Below are positions 22,201 to 32,018 of a stretch of 64,000 nucleotides of DNA, piece after piece (the stretch's first letter is position 1; every line of letters begins with the position of its first letter). A program made the position numbers and the translations under genes. The notes beneath the pieces were generated by a model. That model was given only the letters and a program-made list of their open reading frames with translations. It was not told the DNA's origin and did no database searches. Source of the DNA: a bacterium (GTDB lineage Bacteria; Patescibacteriota; Saccharimonadia; Saccharimonadales; SZUA-47); NCBI GenBank assembly GCA_009923445.1, contig RFTN01000004.1, positions 2,438-66,437 on the forward strand, given 5' to 3'.

Positions 22201-22852
22201 TTACAAAATATTGTTCGAAGAGCAGACGATACCAATAGAAAGTCTTCAGCCCACAATGGACGGTAAAAAAGTTGTAATAGGTGGAATTGTTGAATCAATA
22301 CGCACTATACAAACAAAAAACTCACAATCTATGGCTTTTGTTAAAGTTACCAGTCTTACTGGCGATATAGAGGTGATTTTATTCCCAAGCATTCTTCAAC
22401 AAACAATAGATATGTGGGTACAAGATTCTGTTGTTATTATTAGAGGCAAGTTGAGTACTAGAGATAGAGAAGGAAACATCGTTAGTGAGCTAAAGGTTAT
22501 AGCTGATGAAGCTAGGTTAGTTACGCTCGAGCAAGCAAAAGCTTATCAAGCTACGGGCAAGAAAAAATCTATTTCTAATCAACAAACCAAAAAGAAAAAT
22601 TTAGAAAAAATTAATCCAGTAATTAAGCTGGACCGAATTTATATACGACTCAGCAGTACGCAAGACACAGCCGTACTAAAAAAATTAAAAGATGCTATCG
22701 ATCAGCAGCCGCAGGGTCAGGGTGAGGTGGTGCTTATTGTTGGCCAGGGCGAACAAAAGCAGGCGATTCGACTACCCAACAAGGTCGATACAAATCACGA
22801 ACTAATAAATTCTCTAGAAGAAATTTTTGGTGCCGAAAATGTTAAAAGATAG
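19226..22852 (+). CDS. dnaE: DNA polymerase III alpha subunit
   Basis: PHP domain 'HLHNHTHYSLLDG', plus 'GPGRGSAAGS', 'PDIDIDI', 'FNKAHA' and an OB fold near the C-terminus. Confidence 0.95.
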   Translation: MGTGKKSSLVASDYVHLHNHTHYSLLDGLQKVDPMLDAVVDMGMEAIAITDHGTLSGAIEFYNAARSRGVKPIIGMETYVASRTHKDKDAGKDKNNYHLILLAMNNQGYQNLMRLSTIANLEGFYYRPRVDHDLLEKYSEGIIVLSGCIGGEVGDNIRQGQYDKAKDIAQWYKSVFGDRYYLEIQDHGHPKHPAVWSEQTTVNQQVIKLGKELDIKVVVTCDSHYLQHEDQEAHEVLLCVQTGSFLGDEKRMSLKDFELHLTNPNEIKKRWEGDYPDFIANTKQIADRCDVTIDLGKILIPKFTVPGGETEKSYLHTLAWQGLAWRYGGQSLSASSKLSQAAAQKTLTKEIVERAKYELEIMDSMGFNGYFLIVQDFITWGKDKGIIFGPGRGSAAGSIIAYALRITEIEPLKYNLMFERFLNPSRISMPDIDIDIQDSRRNEVIEYCVNKYGIDRVANIVTFGRMAARNAVRDVARVLQVPYIEADRLAKMIPPPIQGRHIPLSTSILENQDLKREYESSEMNKRVFDLAIKLEGTIRSHGVHAAGVVIAPDDIVKFAPLEMAQKGVISTQYSMGPIEELGLLKMDFLGLSNLTIIKNALRIIKKVYKKDIELSEIPIDDEETFKLLQRADTTGVFQLESAGMKRYLKDLKPTLFEDIIAMGALYRPGPMSEIPRFIEGKNNPKSISYLHESLEPILKDTYGVMVYQEQIIKLLQLVAGYTPGEADLVRKAIGKKKRDIMEAEEPKFIEGCIKQGLSRADASKLWSQIQPFADYSFNKAHATCYAQISYWTAYLKAHYPTAFMAALMTSDYDDIDRLAIEIAECRSMGITVVPPDINESFMEFAVVPDEKKIRFGMQAIKNVGAGAVDEVLRARSEVGAFPTLESFFTSVHPRIVNRKSIESFIKTGAFDRYENRGVLLENIDVLLAFAAKKQKEAASGQTDLFGNKLESTPMHAPQLVLTHTTSQYEMRHFLAWERELLGLFLSEHPLQNYKILFEEQTIPIESLQPTMDGKKVVIGGIVESIRTIQTKNSQSMAFVKVTSLTGDIEVILFPSILQQTIDMWVQDSVVIIRGKLSTRDREGNIVSELKVIADEARLVTLEQAKAYQATGKKKSISNQQTKKKNLEKINPVIKLDRIYIRLSSTQDTAVLKKLKDAIDQQPQGQGEVVLIVGQGEQKQAIRLPNKVDTNHELINSLEEIFGAENVKR

Positions 22853-23896
22853 CTACTTTATTACGCCGCTACTTTGACTAAGTAAAATAGCAACACCCAC
22901 AAGCAGTAGTACTCCAACATCAATAAATGGGTGATGAAGTAAGAATTTTTCACCATTTATAAGGACGCGTTTTACAGCGTAAGCATGCTTGGCCAACCAG
23001 ACAAATACCACGAGCAGTAGTAGTCCTGACAATAATGATGCACTCCAAGGGGCGACCCCCGCTGTTATTGTTTGTAGCTTTGTTATTCGCTTAGCAGGTA
23101 GTGCGGCCGGAATTGTAGACTCCGAAGTTACGGGTTGTTTATTAGTAGAATCGGAATTTTTTTGCGGTGTAATTTTATCGGTTCCTGCTATAACAGTATC
23201 TTGTTTGGTTGGTTGTTCGGTGGGGGCAGAACGGGCAATTATTTTTGATTGTTGAACTTGCGGTTGAGCCGTAGTTTGCGTAGAGTTTTCTGCATCACCG
23301 GTAGGATTTGCATACATCGCAACGACGATTGTTTCTTCGCCGGTACCAACGAATGATGATGCGTTCGCAAAGCCAAAACCAACTTCTCTAAAGCTTGAGT
23401 CTAGCATATTTGTACGATGGCTTGGGCTGTTCATCCATCCAACAACGGTATCTTTGCTCGAGTCAAAGCCATACGCCAAATTTTCGCCAGCCTTTTGGTA
23501 GCTGTAATTAACAGCATCAATAAATACCCAAGGATCTTTGCCGTCTGGAGTGGTATGAGACCAATAGTTACGCGCTACCATGTCATTTGCTTTTGCTTGA
23601 GCTGCACTTGCTAATTTGGCGTTAAGTGTAAGCGCAGGTGCATTGTTTTGTTGGCGCTGAGTATTTGTTGCACTAAGTAGACCGCTTGTACTCATTTCTG
23701 TAGCGTATGCTAGTACGCCGCTACCACCATACTTGTTTACTCCTGGAGTGAGTCGCCAATCGTATCCAAAAATCAAACCTAAAAATACAAGACCAATTAT
23801 GGGTATATACGGCCAGTAAACTTTAATGAATTTCTGGGAGTGTTTTTTATGTGTAACTTTTTTTTGTTTTGTTACTTTTTTTGCAGTTTTTTTCAT
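22853..23896 (-). CDS. CAP/SCP (YkwD-like) domain membrane protein
   Basis: N-terminal TM helix. CAP motifs 'NYWSHTTPDG', 'GENLAYG' and 'GWMNSPSHRTNML'. An S/T/Q-rich linker and C-terminal TM helices follow. Confidence 0.7.
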   Translation of the reverse strand: MKKTAKKVTKQKKVTHKKHSQKFIKVYWPYIPIIGLVFLGLIFGYDWRLTPGVNKYGGSGVLAYATEMSTSGLLSATNTQRQQNNAPALTLNAKLASAAQAKANDMVARNYWSHTTPDGKDPWVFIDAVNYSYQKAGENLAYGFDSSKDTVVGWMNSPSHRTNMLDSSFREVGFGFANASSFVGTGEETIVVAMYANPTGDAENSTQTTAQPQVQQSKIIARSAPTEQPTKQDTVIAGTDKITPQKNSDSTNKQPVTSESTIPAALPAKRITKLQTITAGVAPWSASLLSGLLLLVVFVWLAKHAYAVKRVLINGEKFLLHHPFIDVGVLLLVGVAILLSQSSGVIK

Positions 23897-23945
23897 TGTT
23901 AAACTACTCTTAGTAAATCATAAAACGTTATAAATGTCGATACGC

Positions 23946-24443
23946 TTAAGCTTGGAGTAGTGTGTAACATGCTATAGCAGCAGCCTGAACCACATTTAAT
24001 GATTCTTTATTGCCGTGCATGGGTATTTCGACTATTGTATCTACTTGGTCTAGTACGTTTGTAGATATGCCCGTAACTTCAGTACCAAGCAGTAATACGG
24101 TGCGATCTAATGGTTTGTATTCTGCGAGTTGTACAGAGTGTTTGTCTTGTTCAAGCGCTACCGTGTGCCAACCGTCCGCTTTCAGCTGTGCAACTAAATC
24201 ATAAACTGAAGTGTGATACGACCACGACTGGGATTCTTCGGCGCCAAGGGCTGTTTTATGAATTTGGGCATGCAACTTGTCTTTAATGTGGGGCAAGCGG
24301 TCGTCATTTGATTTACTATTTGGGTAGGGTGTTGTGCCGCACAAATACACATGATCAACGCCTAAGCAATCTGCTGTACGCAGTAATGCACCAACGTTAT
24401 GGGTGCTGCGCATATCTATAGCAATAATTCGTAGCGTAATCAT
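23946..24443 (-). CDS. TrmH/SpoU-family RNA 2'-O-methyltransferase
   Basis: Motifs 'THNVGALLRTADCLG', 'LLLGTEVTGI' and 'IPMHGNKESLNVVQAAAI'. Confidence 0.8.
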   Translation of the reverse strand: MITLRIIAIDMRSTHNVGALLRTADCLGVDHVYLCGTTPYPNSKSNDDRLPHIKDKLHAQIHKTALGAEESQSWSYHTSVYDLVAQLKADGWHTVALEQDKHSVQLAEYKPLDRTVLLLGTEVTGISTNVLDQVDTIVEIPMHGNKESLNVVQAAAIACYTLLQA

Positions 24444-24502
24444 GTATATAGCCTATCAAACACTAGTTAAAAACGTACGCTTATGCTTAAATTGTAGGGT
24501 AT

Positions 24503-26104
24503 ATGTCACAAAACGCTCGATTTGACGAAGAGCAGTCTACTGCAAGGCGTGCCAGAATTTTAGGCATGAGCTATATTGATGTTACTCAAATAGAGCCCAA
24601 AACACTCTATAATGAACTTTTAACACTCGAGGATTTAACAGCATATAGGGTCATACCTATTACAGCAGCCGCGCACGCCATTACTTTTGGTGTTACTACC
24701 AGTACATCTCAACAAACTATGCAAATGTTAAAAAACCGTTTTCTAGATCAGCAAATTAGTTATTCTATAATCTCAGATACCGGTTACCGAGAGTACATGA
24801 AATTGTACAACCCTCCTAAAAAAGTTGAATACGCATCGATAGAAATTACTGGCACAAACGATGAAGAGCTTGTGCAAAATGTATCCGCAACACTCGACCA
24901 AGTAAATGCCGAGGACATGTTGGCTTATTTAGTGCAGCAGGCGCACAAACTTGGTGCTTCAGATATACACCTCGAAACCCAGGTCGACAATACGCGCATT
25001 CGGTTCCGTATAGACGGCGTATTGCATATTATCGCCACGTTATCACCAGATAAGTACCGCATGCTTGTATCTGCAGTTGCCAGTGCAGGAAACGTATCTA
25101 CAGCCTCACAAGAAGCTCAGCAGGGTCATATTATGCAGCAGGTTACTATGCAAGACGGATCGTCTGTTGCAGTAAACTTGCGTCTAGAGACAGCACCTAC
25201 AGTAAACGGCATGGATGTAGTGATGCGCCTTTTTAATATGGACCAAGCTATGTATAACTTAGACAGGCTTGGATTATCGCCAGCTGAACGGCAGGTTATT
25301 GATGCAATTATTGCCAAGCCGAGTGGCCTTGTGTTGGTGGTGGGCCCGACTGGCTCAGGTAAAACTACCACGCTGTACTCGATGTTAAATACGCTTAACA
25401 ATAGCGAGCGAAAAATTGTAACCATCGAAGATCCTGTTGAGTACAGGTTTGCGGGTATGTCACAGCTATCAGTAACGTCACAAAATAGTGGGCAAACAAA
25501 CTTTGCCGAACGATTACGTGCAACACTCAGACTGGACCCTGACGTTATAATGGTTGGCGAAATTAGAGATAACGATACTGCCAAAACCGCACTGCAAGCC
25601 GCACTAACTGGCCATTTAGTACTATCTACATTCCACGCAAGTAGTGCTGCGGCTGCTATGACTCGCTTGGTTGATGTGATCGGCCAAAACCCTTTGTTCA
25701 CATCGGCTATAAGGCTTGTAATGGCTCAGCGTTTAGTGCGTAGGCTTGACCCGCAAACTAAGCAACCCTACAATCCAGATGCTAATGAAATAGCCACGAT
25801 AAAAAATGTTATAGATACGCTGCCAAATACTCTACAAAAACCGTCATTAGACAACTTAACGCTGTACAAGCCGGTTCCTGCTCAAAACAACCCATACGGA
25901 TTTAAGGGGCAAATTGCACTTCGGGAACAGTTTATGATGACAGATAATTTACGTAGTCTACTCACCAGCGACACAATGCTTTCAAGCCAGCACATAGAAC
26001 AAACAGCAGTCAACGATGGTATGACCACTATGCTACATAACGGCATATTGTTGGTTCTAGCAGGCGAAACAACACTAGACGAAGTATTCCGAGTCGTCGG
26101 CTAA
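24503..26104 (+). CDS. pilB: type II secretion / type IV pilus assembly ATPase
   Basis: GspE/PilB family. Walker A 'GPTGSGKTTT', plus 'TIEDPVEY', 'VGEIRD' and 'GHLVLSTFH'. Confidence 0.9.
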   Translation: MSQNARFDEEQSTARRARILGMSYIDVTQIEPKTLYNELLTLEDLTAYRVIPITAAAHAITFGVTTSTSQQTMQMLKNRFLDQQISYSIISDTGYREYMKLYNPPKKVEYASIEITGTNDEELVQNVSATLDQVNAEDMLAYLVQQAHKLGASDIHLETQVDNTRIRFRIDGVLHIIATLSPDKYRMLVSAVASAGNVSTASQEAQQGHIMQQVTMQDGSSVAVNLRLETAPTVNGMDVVMRLFNMDQAMYNLDRLGLSPAERQVIDAIIAKPSGLVLVVGPTGSGKTTTLYSMLNTLNNSERKIVTIEDPVEYRFAGMSQLSVTSQNSGQTNFAERLRATLRLDPDVIMVGEIRDNDTAKTALQAALTGHLVLSTFHASSAAAAMTRLVDVIGQNPLFTSAIRLVMAQRLVRRLDPQTKQPYNPDANEIATIKNVIDTLPNTLQKPSLDNLTLYKPVPAQNNPYGFKGQIALREQFMMTDNLRSLLTSDTMLSSQHIEQTAVNDGMTTMLHNGILLVLAGETTLDEVFRVVG

Positions 26105-26119
26105 ATTATAATTAGCCAT

Positions 26120-27250
26120 CTATCGGATGACATTAGCAACGGCTGTTACTACACCCTCGTCAAATGGACCGGGTATAATTTTATCAACCGTTGGTTCTTG
26201 TACGAGTGCGGCAAGCGCTTCTGCTGCAGCAATTTTGTGTTGATCGGAAATTTTTGTAACGCCGTTATCTAATGCGCCTCTAAAAATACCAGGAAACCCT
26301 AACGAGTTGTTAACTTGGTTAGGGAAGTCGCTACGACCGGTCGCCACAATAAACGCGCCAGCTTCTTTTGCGACATCTGGCATAATTTCTGGCTCGGGGT
26401 TGGCTAGCGCAAAAATTACAGGCTTCGGTTGCATAGTTTTTATCATTGTTGGTGTTAATAGTCCAGCTTTTGATACGCCAACAAACACGTGTGAACCTGC
26501 AACTGCGTCCTCGAGACTGCCGTCTCGCCCAAGTGTGTTGAATTTAAGTAACTTCTTTTTTTCGTCGTTAAGATCTGTTCGTTTCGGGCCAATTATACCT
26601 TTACTATCTACCATAACAATGTCGGAGGCTCCATAAAGTGCTAGTAAGTTAGCAATTGCCGTGCCAGCAGCGCCAGAACCGACAATTGTAATGCGAAGCT
26701 CTTGAATACTGTAATTACCAAGTAGTTTAAGTGAGTTTATTAGACCTGCCAGTACTACAATTGCGGTACCATGCTGGTCGTCGTGCATAATCGGTATGTC
26801 CAGCTCTGCTTTTAAGCGTTCTTCTATTTCAAAACACTTTGGTGCGGCAATGTCTTCGAGATTAATGCCGCCAAAACTAGGGGCAATCGCCCTAACGGCT
26901 GCTACTATTTCGTCTACGCTATGTACATTTAGTACTATCGGTACCGCGTCTATGTTGGCAAAATGCTTAAAAAGCATAGCCTTTCCTTCCATTACGGGCA
27001 TTGCCCCTAGTGGACCAATATCGCCTAAGCCTAAAACTGCAGAGCCGTCACTAATAATTGCAACAAGGTTGTTTGTCCAGGACACTTCCTTGAGCTTAGC
27101 GGCATCATCTTTTGCGTACAAGGCAACGCCGCCGACGCCTGGCGAGTAATAAAGTTTTAGAGTATCTTTAGTGACTTCACCCCTGAGACCAGTATAAATT
27201 TTACCTTTTGATTGTTTGTGTGCAGCAAGTGCTTGTTCGTAAATATCCAT
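26120..27250 (-). CDS. NAD(P)-dependent malic enzyme (short form)
   Basis: Motifs 'YSPGVG', 'VLGLGDIGPLGAMPVMEGK', 'FGGINLEDI' and 'GSGAAGTA'. Confidence 0.9.
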   Translation of the reverse strand: MDIYEQALAAHKQSKGKIYTGLRGEVTKDTLKLYYSPGVGGVALYAKDDAAKLKEVSWTNNLVAIISDGSAVLGLGDIGPLGAMPVMEGKAMLFKHFANIDAVPIVLNVHSVDEIVAAVRAIAPSFGGINLEDIAAPKCFEIEERLKAELDIPIMHDDQHGTAIVVLAGLINSLKLLGNYSIQELRITIVGSGAAGTAIANLLALYGASDIVMVDSKGIIGPKRTDLNDEKKKLLKFNTLGRDGSLEDAVAGSHVFVGVSKAGLLTPTMIKTMQPKPVIFALANPEPEIMPDVAKEAGAFIVATGRSDFPNQVNNSLGFPGIFRGALDNGVTKISDQHKIAAAEALAALVQEPTVDKIIPGPFDEGVVTAVANVIR

Positions 27251-27353
27251 ACACTATAGTGTAGCGCACAAAACTAAACGTTCTGCTATTTTCATATCAG
27301 ATAATTTGTGTTACAATTGTGTCAACGATTAATAATAACGTAGTGAGATAATC

Positions 27354-27794
27354 ATGCAGTCAGTTGTTCAAAAAATCGAACAGAAGTATAAAAAACACGC
27401 CGTCGTAGATGTACGTTCAGGTGATACTGTTCGCGTAAGCCAAAAAATTAAAGAAGGTAACAAAGAGCGTGTGCAGATGTTTGAAGGTCTTGTTATTCGT
27501 ACTGACCGCCCAAACAGCCACACAAGCAGCATTACAGTGCGTCGTATTGCAAGTGGTGTCGGAGTTGAAAAAACCTATTTACTACACAGTCCCTTATTAG
27601 TTAAGGTTGAAGTTGTTAAGCGTAGTAACGTACGTCGAAACTACTTAGGTTACATGCGTTCACTGCGCGGTAAATCTGCTCGTTTGTCTGGCGTAGACTT
27701 TGATAAAACCGCCGTTAACACTGTTGAAGAACAGCCAGAGCTACAAACTGCTACCAAAGATGCAACTGAGGTAGAGGCGCCAACAGAGGCATAA
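27354..27794 (+). CDS. rplS: 50S ribosomal protein L19
   Basis: Contains 'GDTVRVSQKIKEGNKERVQMFEGLVI' and an acidic C-terminal extension. Confidence 0.95.
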   Translation: MQSVVQKIEQKYKKHAVVDVRSGDTVRVSQKIKEGNKERVQMFEGLVIRTDRPNSHTSSITVRRIASGVGVEKTYLLHSPLLVKVEVVKRSNVRRNYLGYMRSLRGKSARLSGVDFDKTAVNTVEEQPELQTATKDATEVEAPTEA

Positions 27795-28136
27795 GTGACC
27801 ACATCTAAAGATATAGGCAATAGAGGCGAAGAAATCGCCTCTATTTATTTAAAGCAGCAAGGCTATACAATTATAGACAGAAATTGGCTTACGCGCTGGT
27901 GCGAAATTGACATAATCGCCCTTAAAGACAACACGGCATTTCTTGTCGAAGTTAAGTATAGATCTAACACCGCACACGGCACTGGCTTTGACTACATTAC
28001 CCCTAAAAAGATACGTCAAATGCAGTTTGCTGCAGAGCTTTGGGCTACCCGTCAAAAAAACGATATAGATATTGTGCTTGCTGCAATGAGTGTTGATGGC
28101 AACACTGAAAGTGTTGAGTTTATTGAAATTGTCTAA
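27795..28136 (+). CDS. YraN-family endonuclease
   Basis: Motifs 'GEEIASIYLKQQGYTIIDRNW', 'EIDIIA' and 'VEVKYR'. GTG start immediately after the rplS stop. Confidence 0.8.
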   Translation: MTTSKDIGNRGEEIASIYLKQQGYTIIDRNWLTRWCEIDIIALKDNTAFLVEVKYRSNTAHGTGFDYITPKKIRQMQFAAELWATRQKNDIDIVLAAMSVDGNTESVEFIEIV

Positions 28137-30738
28137 AGTAGGCGAGAATATCGTCGTAGTCACGGTTGCGCCACGCACTGTGCCACTCAAGCATCTCGAG
28201 GCCTTGTTTGTATGACCTGTCTAGTGCAGGGCTTAAGCGGGGTTCGAAAAACTCTTGATATTGTTTTGTAAATACCGAATCACTATGTACGCGAGCGGCA
28301 TAGATTGGTGTGCGGTAAAAACTAAGGTCAGTCCCCAAGTTTTTGGCAAGCCAGTCCCAGTGTTTTTTAAGCCATACCCACGTTTGCTCGCGGGCACTAT
28401 GGTTTAAAAAGCTGTATGCAATCCAGTAACCGACATCTTGCAATCTAACGGCATCGCTTGTTATTAAATCGAGGGCTCTTTTAATACTTTCTTGGTCTTG
28501 AAAATCGGTTAGTGCAGCGGCGTATGTTAGTTTTTCTTCACTTAACGACGTTCGATTGTATAAATCTAGTAATTTATCAAATGTTTTGCTATTTCCGTGG
28601 CGTGCTACCGTGCCAAAAACAACACCGCGCGTATCGGGATCTATGTCGATATCTCGTTTTACCTCCACACTACTTGCGGCCTCGCGCAGCTGTGGTTCTA
28701 TATCATTCGTATTAGTAGCTTTATCGAATAGTGCATGGCAATTGTCTACTAGCTCTTTGTAGTCGACGCTGGCGAGTAGACTTAGTATAGTGGGTCTCAG
28801 AAGTTGGTCAAAATAGCTATCTGATTTCTTTTTGTGCCAGCCAAGTCGTTTATATTCTGGTTCTGCCAGACTAATAATAAAAGGCTTTATTGCTTCGCGT
28901 AGTTCGTCGCTGCCATGAACAAGACGAATGCCACCAATAACACTTGAAATTGTCGTCCAAACGACAGCGTTATGCTCATTTTTGTAGTGTTGCAAAAACT
29001 TTACTGTCGATACAGTGCTAATATCGCCAGACTTACTCGCCTCAAATAAGTCGGCGAGTAAGCCAAGTCGGTCTAATGGCCCGAGTTTTTCGTTGTCTAT
29101 GAGTGGCACAAGCTGCTCTAGTAGTGATTCTTCATAAGATACGCGGTAAAAGCCACTTCTATGACTGTTAAGCAGTAGTGGTTGCTTACCTTCGAGTACT
29201 AGTGCCATGTGCTGACTAGCCATGACTGCTGCTTCGCCCAACCTATTGTCTAGTAGGGGTATATGCCATGCGTGCGTGTGCAACATTGCTTCTGGTTGTC
29301 GCATATAAAAACGTTTTTGCGACAGCGTAATGTTTGAGTCGCTATCTTTTTTAACCTGCACAATAGGATAACCTGGTACCGATGTCCATACGTGCATAAA
29401 CTGCTTAATGTCTTTTTTGCTCGCTTCGCTTAAAGCTTGCCATAAGTCCTGAGTATCAGTATTGCTGTAGGCATGACGCCCAAGATATATATGCATTCCT
29501 TTTTTAAATGCTTCTGGACCAATGTATGCGTGTAACTGATGTATGACGCTCGCCCCTTTAGCGTAGCTAATAGCGTCGAATATTGTTCTGATCTCGTCAG
29601 GGTGATGAACGGGTACCTCTATCGCATGTGTGTTATCAAGTGAGTCAAGTTTCATAGCTTGTTGTTGCTCATCAACAATAAATTGGGTCCACATTTGCCA
29701 CTCAGGGAACAAAGCATCAACTGCCAGGTATTCTATCCAGCTCGCAAAGCCTTCGTTTAACCATAAATCAGTCCACCAGCGCATAGTAACAAGGTTACCG
29801 AACCACATATGTGCGAGTTCGTGCGCCACAACCATGGCGACATATTGTTTTGTTGGTAGGCTCGTGTTTTTTGGGTCTACAACCATACATTGCTCTCTGA
29901 AGGTAATGCAGCCCCAGTTTTCCATTGCACCGCTTGCAAAGTCGGGCAGAGCAATAAGATCACACTTTTTTAACGGGTAGTTAATACCAAAATAATCTTC
30001 ATAAAAATCTATACAACGAACAGCAGTTTGCAGGGCAAAGTCGGTGAAGGGTGTGTTATCTGGCGTTGCATAGGTTCTGACAGTGACGCCGCGAGACGTC
30101 TTTGCTTCTCTGTATTGCATATCGCCAACAACAAAAGCTAGCAAATATGTACTCATTTTGGGGGTTGGCTCAAAAATGGTCACCATTATATTGTCTTTTG
30201 TTTCTTGGCTTACTACTGGAGTATTGCTTAAAACTGTTGTATTGCCCCTGGTAGTAAGTGAAAGTGTGAATACAGCCTTTGCCTCTGGTTCATCAATGCA
30301 GGGTACTACTTCACGGGCATGATGACTTTCGAACTGCGTGGCAATAAACTGTTTTTTGACGCCATTTTCTTCATAAAAACAAGGATACATACCATTCATG
30401 GGTCGTGTAATTGAACCGTTAAATTCTATGACAATCTCGTATTCGCCGGCATACATTTGCTTATGAGTATGTAGTCGCACCTCATCAAAGCCGGCATGCT
30501 TATTTATGCGGGCAATGTCATGCACTGCTGTGCCGTTTTTAGTCTTGTGACACACCTCGGCACTAGTTATATTCAATGCTTTTTGATGAAATGTGATCCG
30601 ATTGCTGGGCCTTCCAACTTTTTTACCACTTATTTTGACTCGTCCGGTAAAAGTCATAGTTACTTCATCTATGACTATAGAAAGATCGTAGCTAGCGGGT
30701 ATAAACTGCTGGTAGAGTCGTTTTACTTGAGTACTCAC
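28120..30738 (-). CDS. pepN: aminopeptidase N (M1 family)
   Basis: Motifs 'GAMENWG' and 'HELAHMWFGNLVT...WLNEGFA'. I prefer the GTG at 30738, which has 'AAGGAG' about 11 nt upstream, over the track ATG at 30771. Confidence 0.9.
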   Translation of the reverse strand: MSTQVKRLYQQFIPASYDLSIVIDEVTMTFTGRVKISGKKVGRPSNRITFHQKALNITSAEVCHKTKNGTAVHDIARINKHAGFDEVRLHTHKQMYAGEYEIVIEFNGSITRPMNGMYPCFYEENGVKKQFIATQFESHHAREVVPCIDEPEAKAVFTLSLTTRGNTTVLSNTPVVSQETKDNIMVTIFEPTPKMSTYLLAFVVGDMQYREAKTSRGVTVRTYATPDNTPFTDFALQTAVRCIDFYEDYFGINYPLKKCDLIALPDFASGAMENWGCITFREQCMVVDPKNTSLPTKQYVAMVVAHELAHMWFGNLVTMRWWTDLWLNEGFASWIEYLAVDALFPEWQMWTQFIVDEQQQAMKLDSLDNTHAIEVPVHHPDEIRTIFDAISYAKGASVIHQLHAYIGPEAFKKGMHIYLGRHAYSNTDTQDLWQALSEASKKDIKQFMHVWTSVPGYPIVQVKKDSDSNITLSQKRFYMRQPEAMLHTHAWHIPLLDNRLGEAAVMASQHMALVLEGKQPLLLNSHRSGFYRVSYEESLLEQLVPLIDNEKLGPLDRLGLLADLFEASKSGDISTVSTVKFLQHYKNEHNAVVWTTISSVIGGIRLVHGSDELREAIKPFIISLAEPEYKRLGWHKKKSDSYFDQLLRPTILSLLASVDYKELVDNCHALFDKATNTNDIEPQLREAASSVEVKRDIDIDPDTRGVVFGTVARHGNSKTFDKLLDLYNRTSLSEEKLTYAAALTDFQDQESIKRALDLITSDAVRLQDVGYWIAYSFLNHSAREQTWVWLKKHWDWLAKNLGTDLSFYRTPIYAARVHSDSVFTKQYQEFFEPRLSPALDRSYKQGLEMLEWHSAWRNRDYDDILAYFRQFQ

Positions 30739-30860
30739 GTGTTGGTTGGCTCCTTTTTTACATTTGTGCAATATGTATTACCTATAGTATACTAATAGTG
30801 TTCTGATTCGGCCAAACGGTCGAATTTTTTCATTCCAACCATCAATAATAGGAGAAGCAA

Positions 30861-32015
30861 ATGGATTTTGATTTAAAGAGTTTAGCTGCAGCTATAAAAG
30901 TAATTGCAGAAGAAAAAAACCTACCAGAAGATGCTGTGCAAGAAATTGTAGAACAAGCATTGGCAGCTGCGTATCGACGTGATTACGGTGACCGCGAGCA
31001 AGAGGTGCGCGTTAGCATTAATATGAATACTGGCGCCATAGACGCGTACATTAGCAAAGATGTCGTTGAGGTTGTTGGTGATGAACGCTTTGAAATTAGC
31101 GTCGAAGACGCCAAAAAATTAAAAAAAGATGCTGCCAAGGGAGACATAGTTGAACTTTATCAGTCAGTTGAGAGCTTTGGCCGTGTTGCTGCACAAACAG
31201 CAAAGCAAGTTGTATTGCAGCGCTTACGCGAGGCCGAGCGTGAAATTATGCTTGCCGAATACGAGGGTAAAATTGGTACCGTAATTAATGGTATCGTAGC
31301 TCGAGTCGAAGCTCGTTTGGTACGCATTGACCTTGGAAAGGCTCAAGCCATTATGCCAATGAGCGAGCAAATTCAGGGCGAGCGCTACTACCCAGGTCAG
31401 CGTGTTAAAGTTTACTTAAAAGATATTGAAAAAGGTTTTAGGGGTCCGCAAATGATCGTAAGTCGTGGTGCGGCAGCATTTGTAGACTTTTTGTTTCGAG
31501 CTGAAGTACCAGAAATGGAAAGCGGGGCAGTTGTTATAAAAAACATTGCCCGCGAAGCAGGTGTGCGCACTAAAATAGCTGTTGCAAGCACTGTGCAAGG
31601 TGTAGACCCGGTCGGTACGTTTGTTGGTGGACACGGTACTCGTGTTAATGCTGTCATGAGCGAAATTGGTGACCAAGAAAAAATTGATATTGTAGTGTGG
31701 GATGAAAATCCGGTTACTTATATAAGTAACGCCTTAAGCCCAACTAAAGTAAACAATGTTGTTATAACTGACGGTAAAGCCAAGGTGTACGTAGCCGACG
31801 ACCAACTAAGTATTGCAATTGGCAAGGGCGGCCAAAACGTACGCCTTGCAAGCAAGCTTACTGCTCACGAAATCGATATTGAGCCCGACAAGGGTACTAT
31901 AGTAGACGCTAAAGCCGAAGAACAAGTGACGGTTCTACCAGATAAACCAAAGCTAAAGCGCAAGAGTGACCTTGAAAACTCACTTCTAAACGCAATCGAA
32001 GAACACGGCGAATAG
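30861..32015 (+). CDS. nusA: transcription termination/antitermination factor NusA
   Basis: S1 and KH domains, with 'GQRVKVYL', 'ARVEARLVRIDLGKAQAIMP' and 'AIGKGGQNVRLASKLT'. Confidence 0.95.
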   Translation: MDFDLKSLAAAIKVIAEEKNLPEDAVQEIVEQALAAAYRRDYGDREQEVRVSINMNTGAIDAYISKDVVEVVGDERFEISVEDAKKLKKDAAKGDIVELYQSVESFGRVAAQTAKQVVLQRLREAEREIMLAEYEGKIGTVINGIVARVEARLVRIDLGKAQAIMPMSEQIQGERYYPGQRVKVYLKDIEKGFRGPQMIVSRGAAAFVDFLFRAEVPEMESGAVVIKNIAREAGVRTKIAVASTVQGVDPVGTFVGGHGTRVNAVMSEIGDQEKIDIVVWDENPVTYISNALSPTKVNNVVITDGKAKVYVADDQLSIAIGKGGQNVRLASKLTAHEIDIEPDKGTIVDAKAEEQVTVLPDKPKLKRKSDLENSLLNAIEEHGE

Positions 32016-32018
32016 ACC

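Noticed and set aside
27251-27262. Perfect 12-bp palindrome ACACTATAGTGT between the malic enzyme gene and rplS.
   Set aside because: It is a single short AT-rich palindrome adjacent to a start codon. It may be an operator, but with one occurrence and no partner motif it is not distinguishable from chance.
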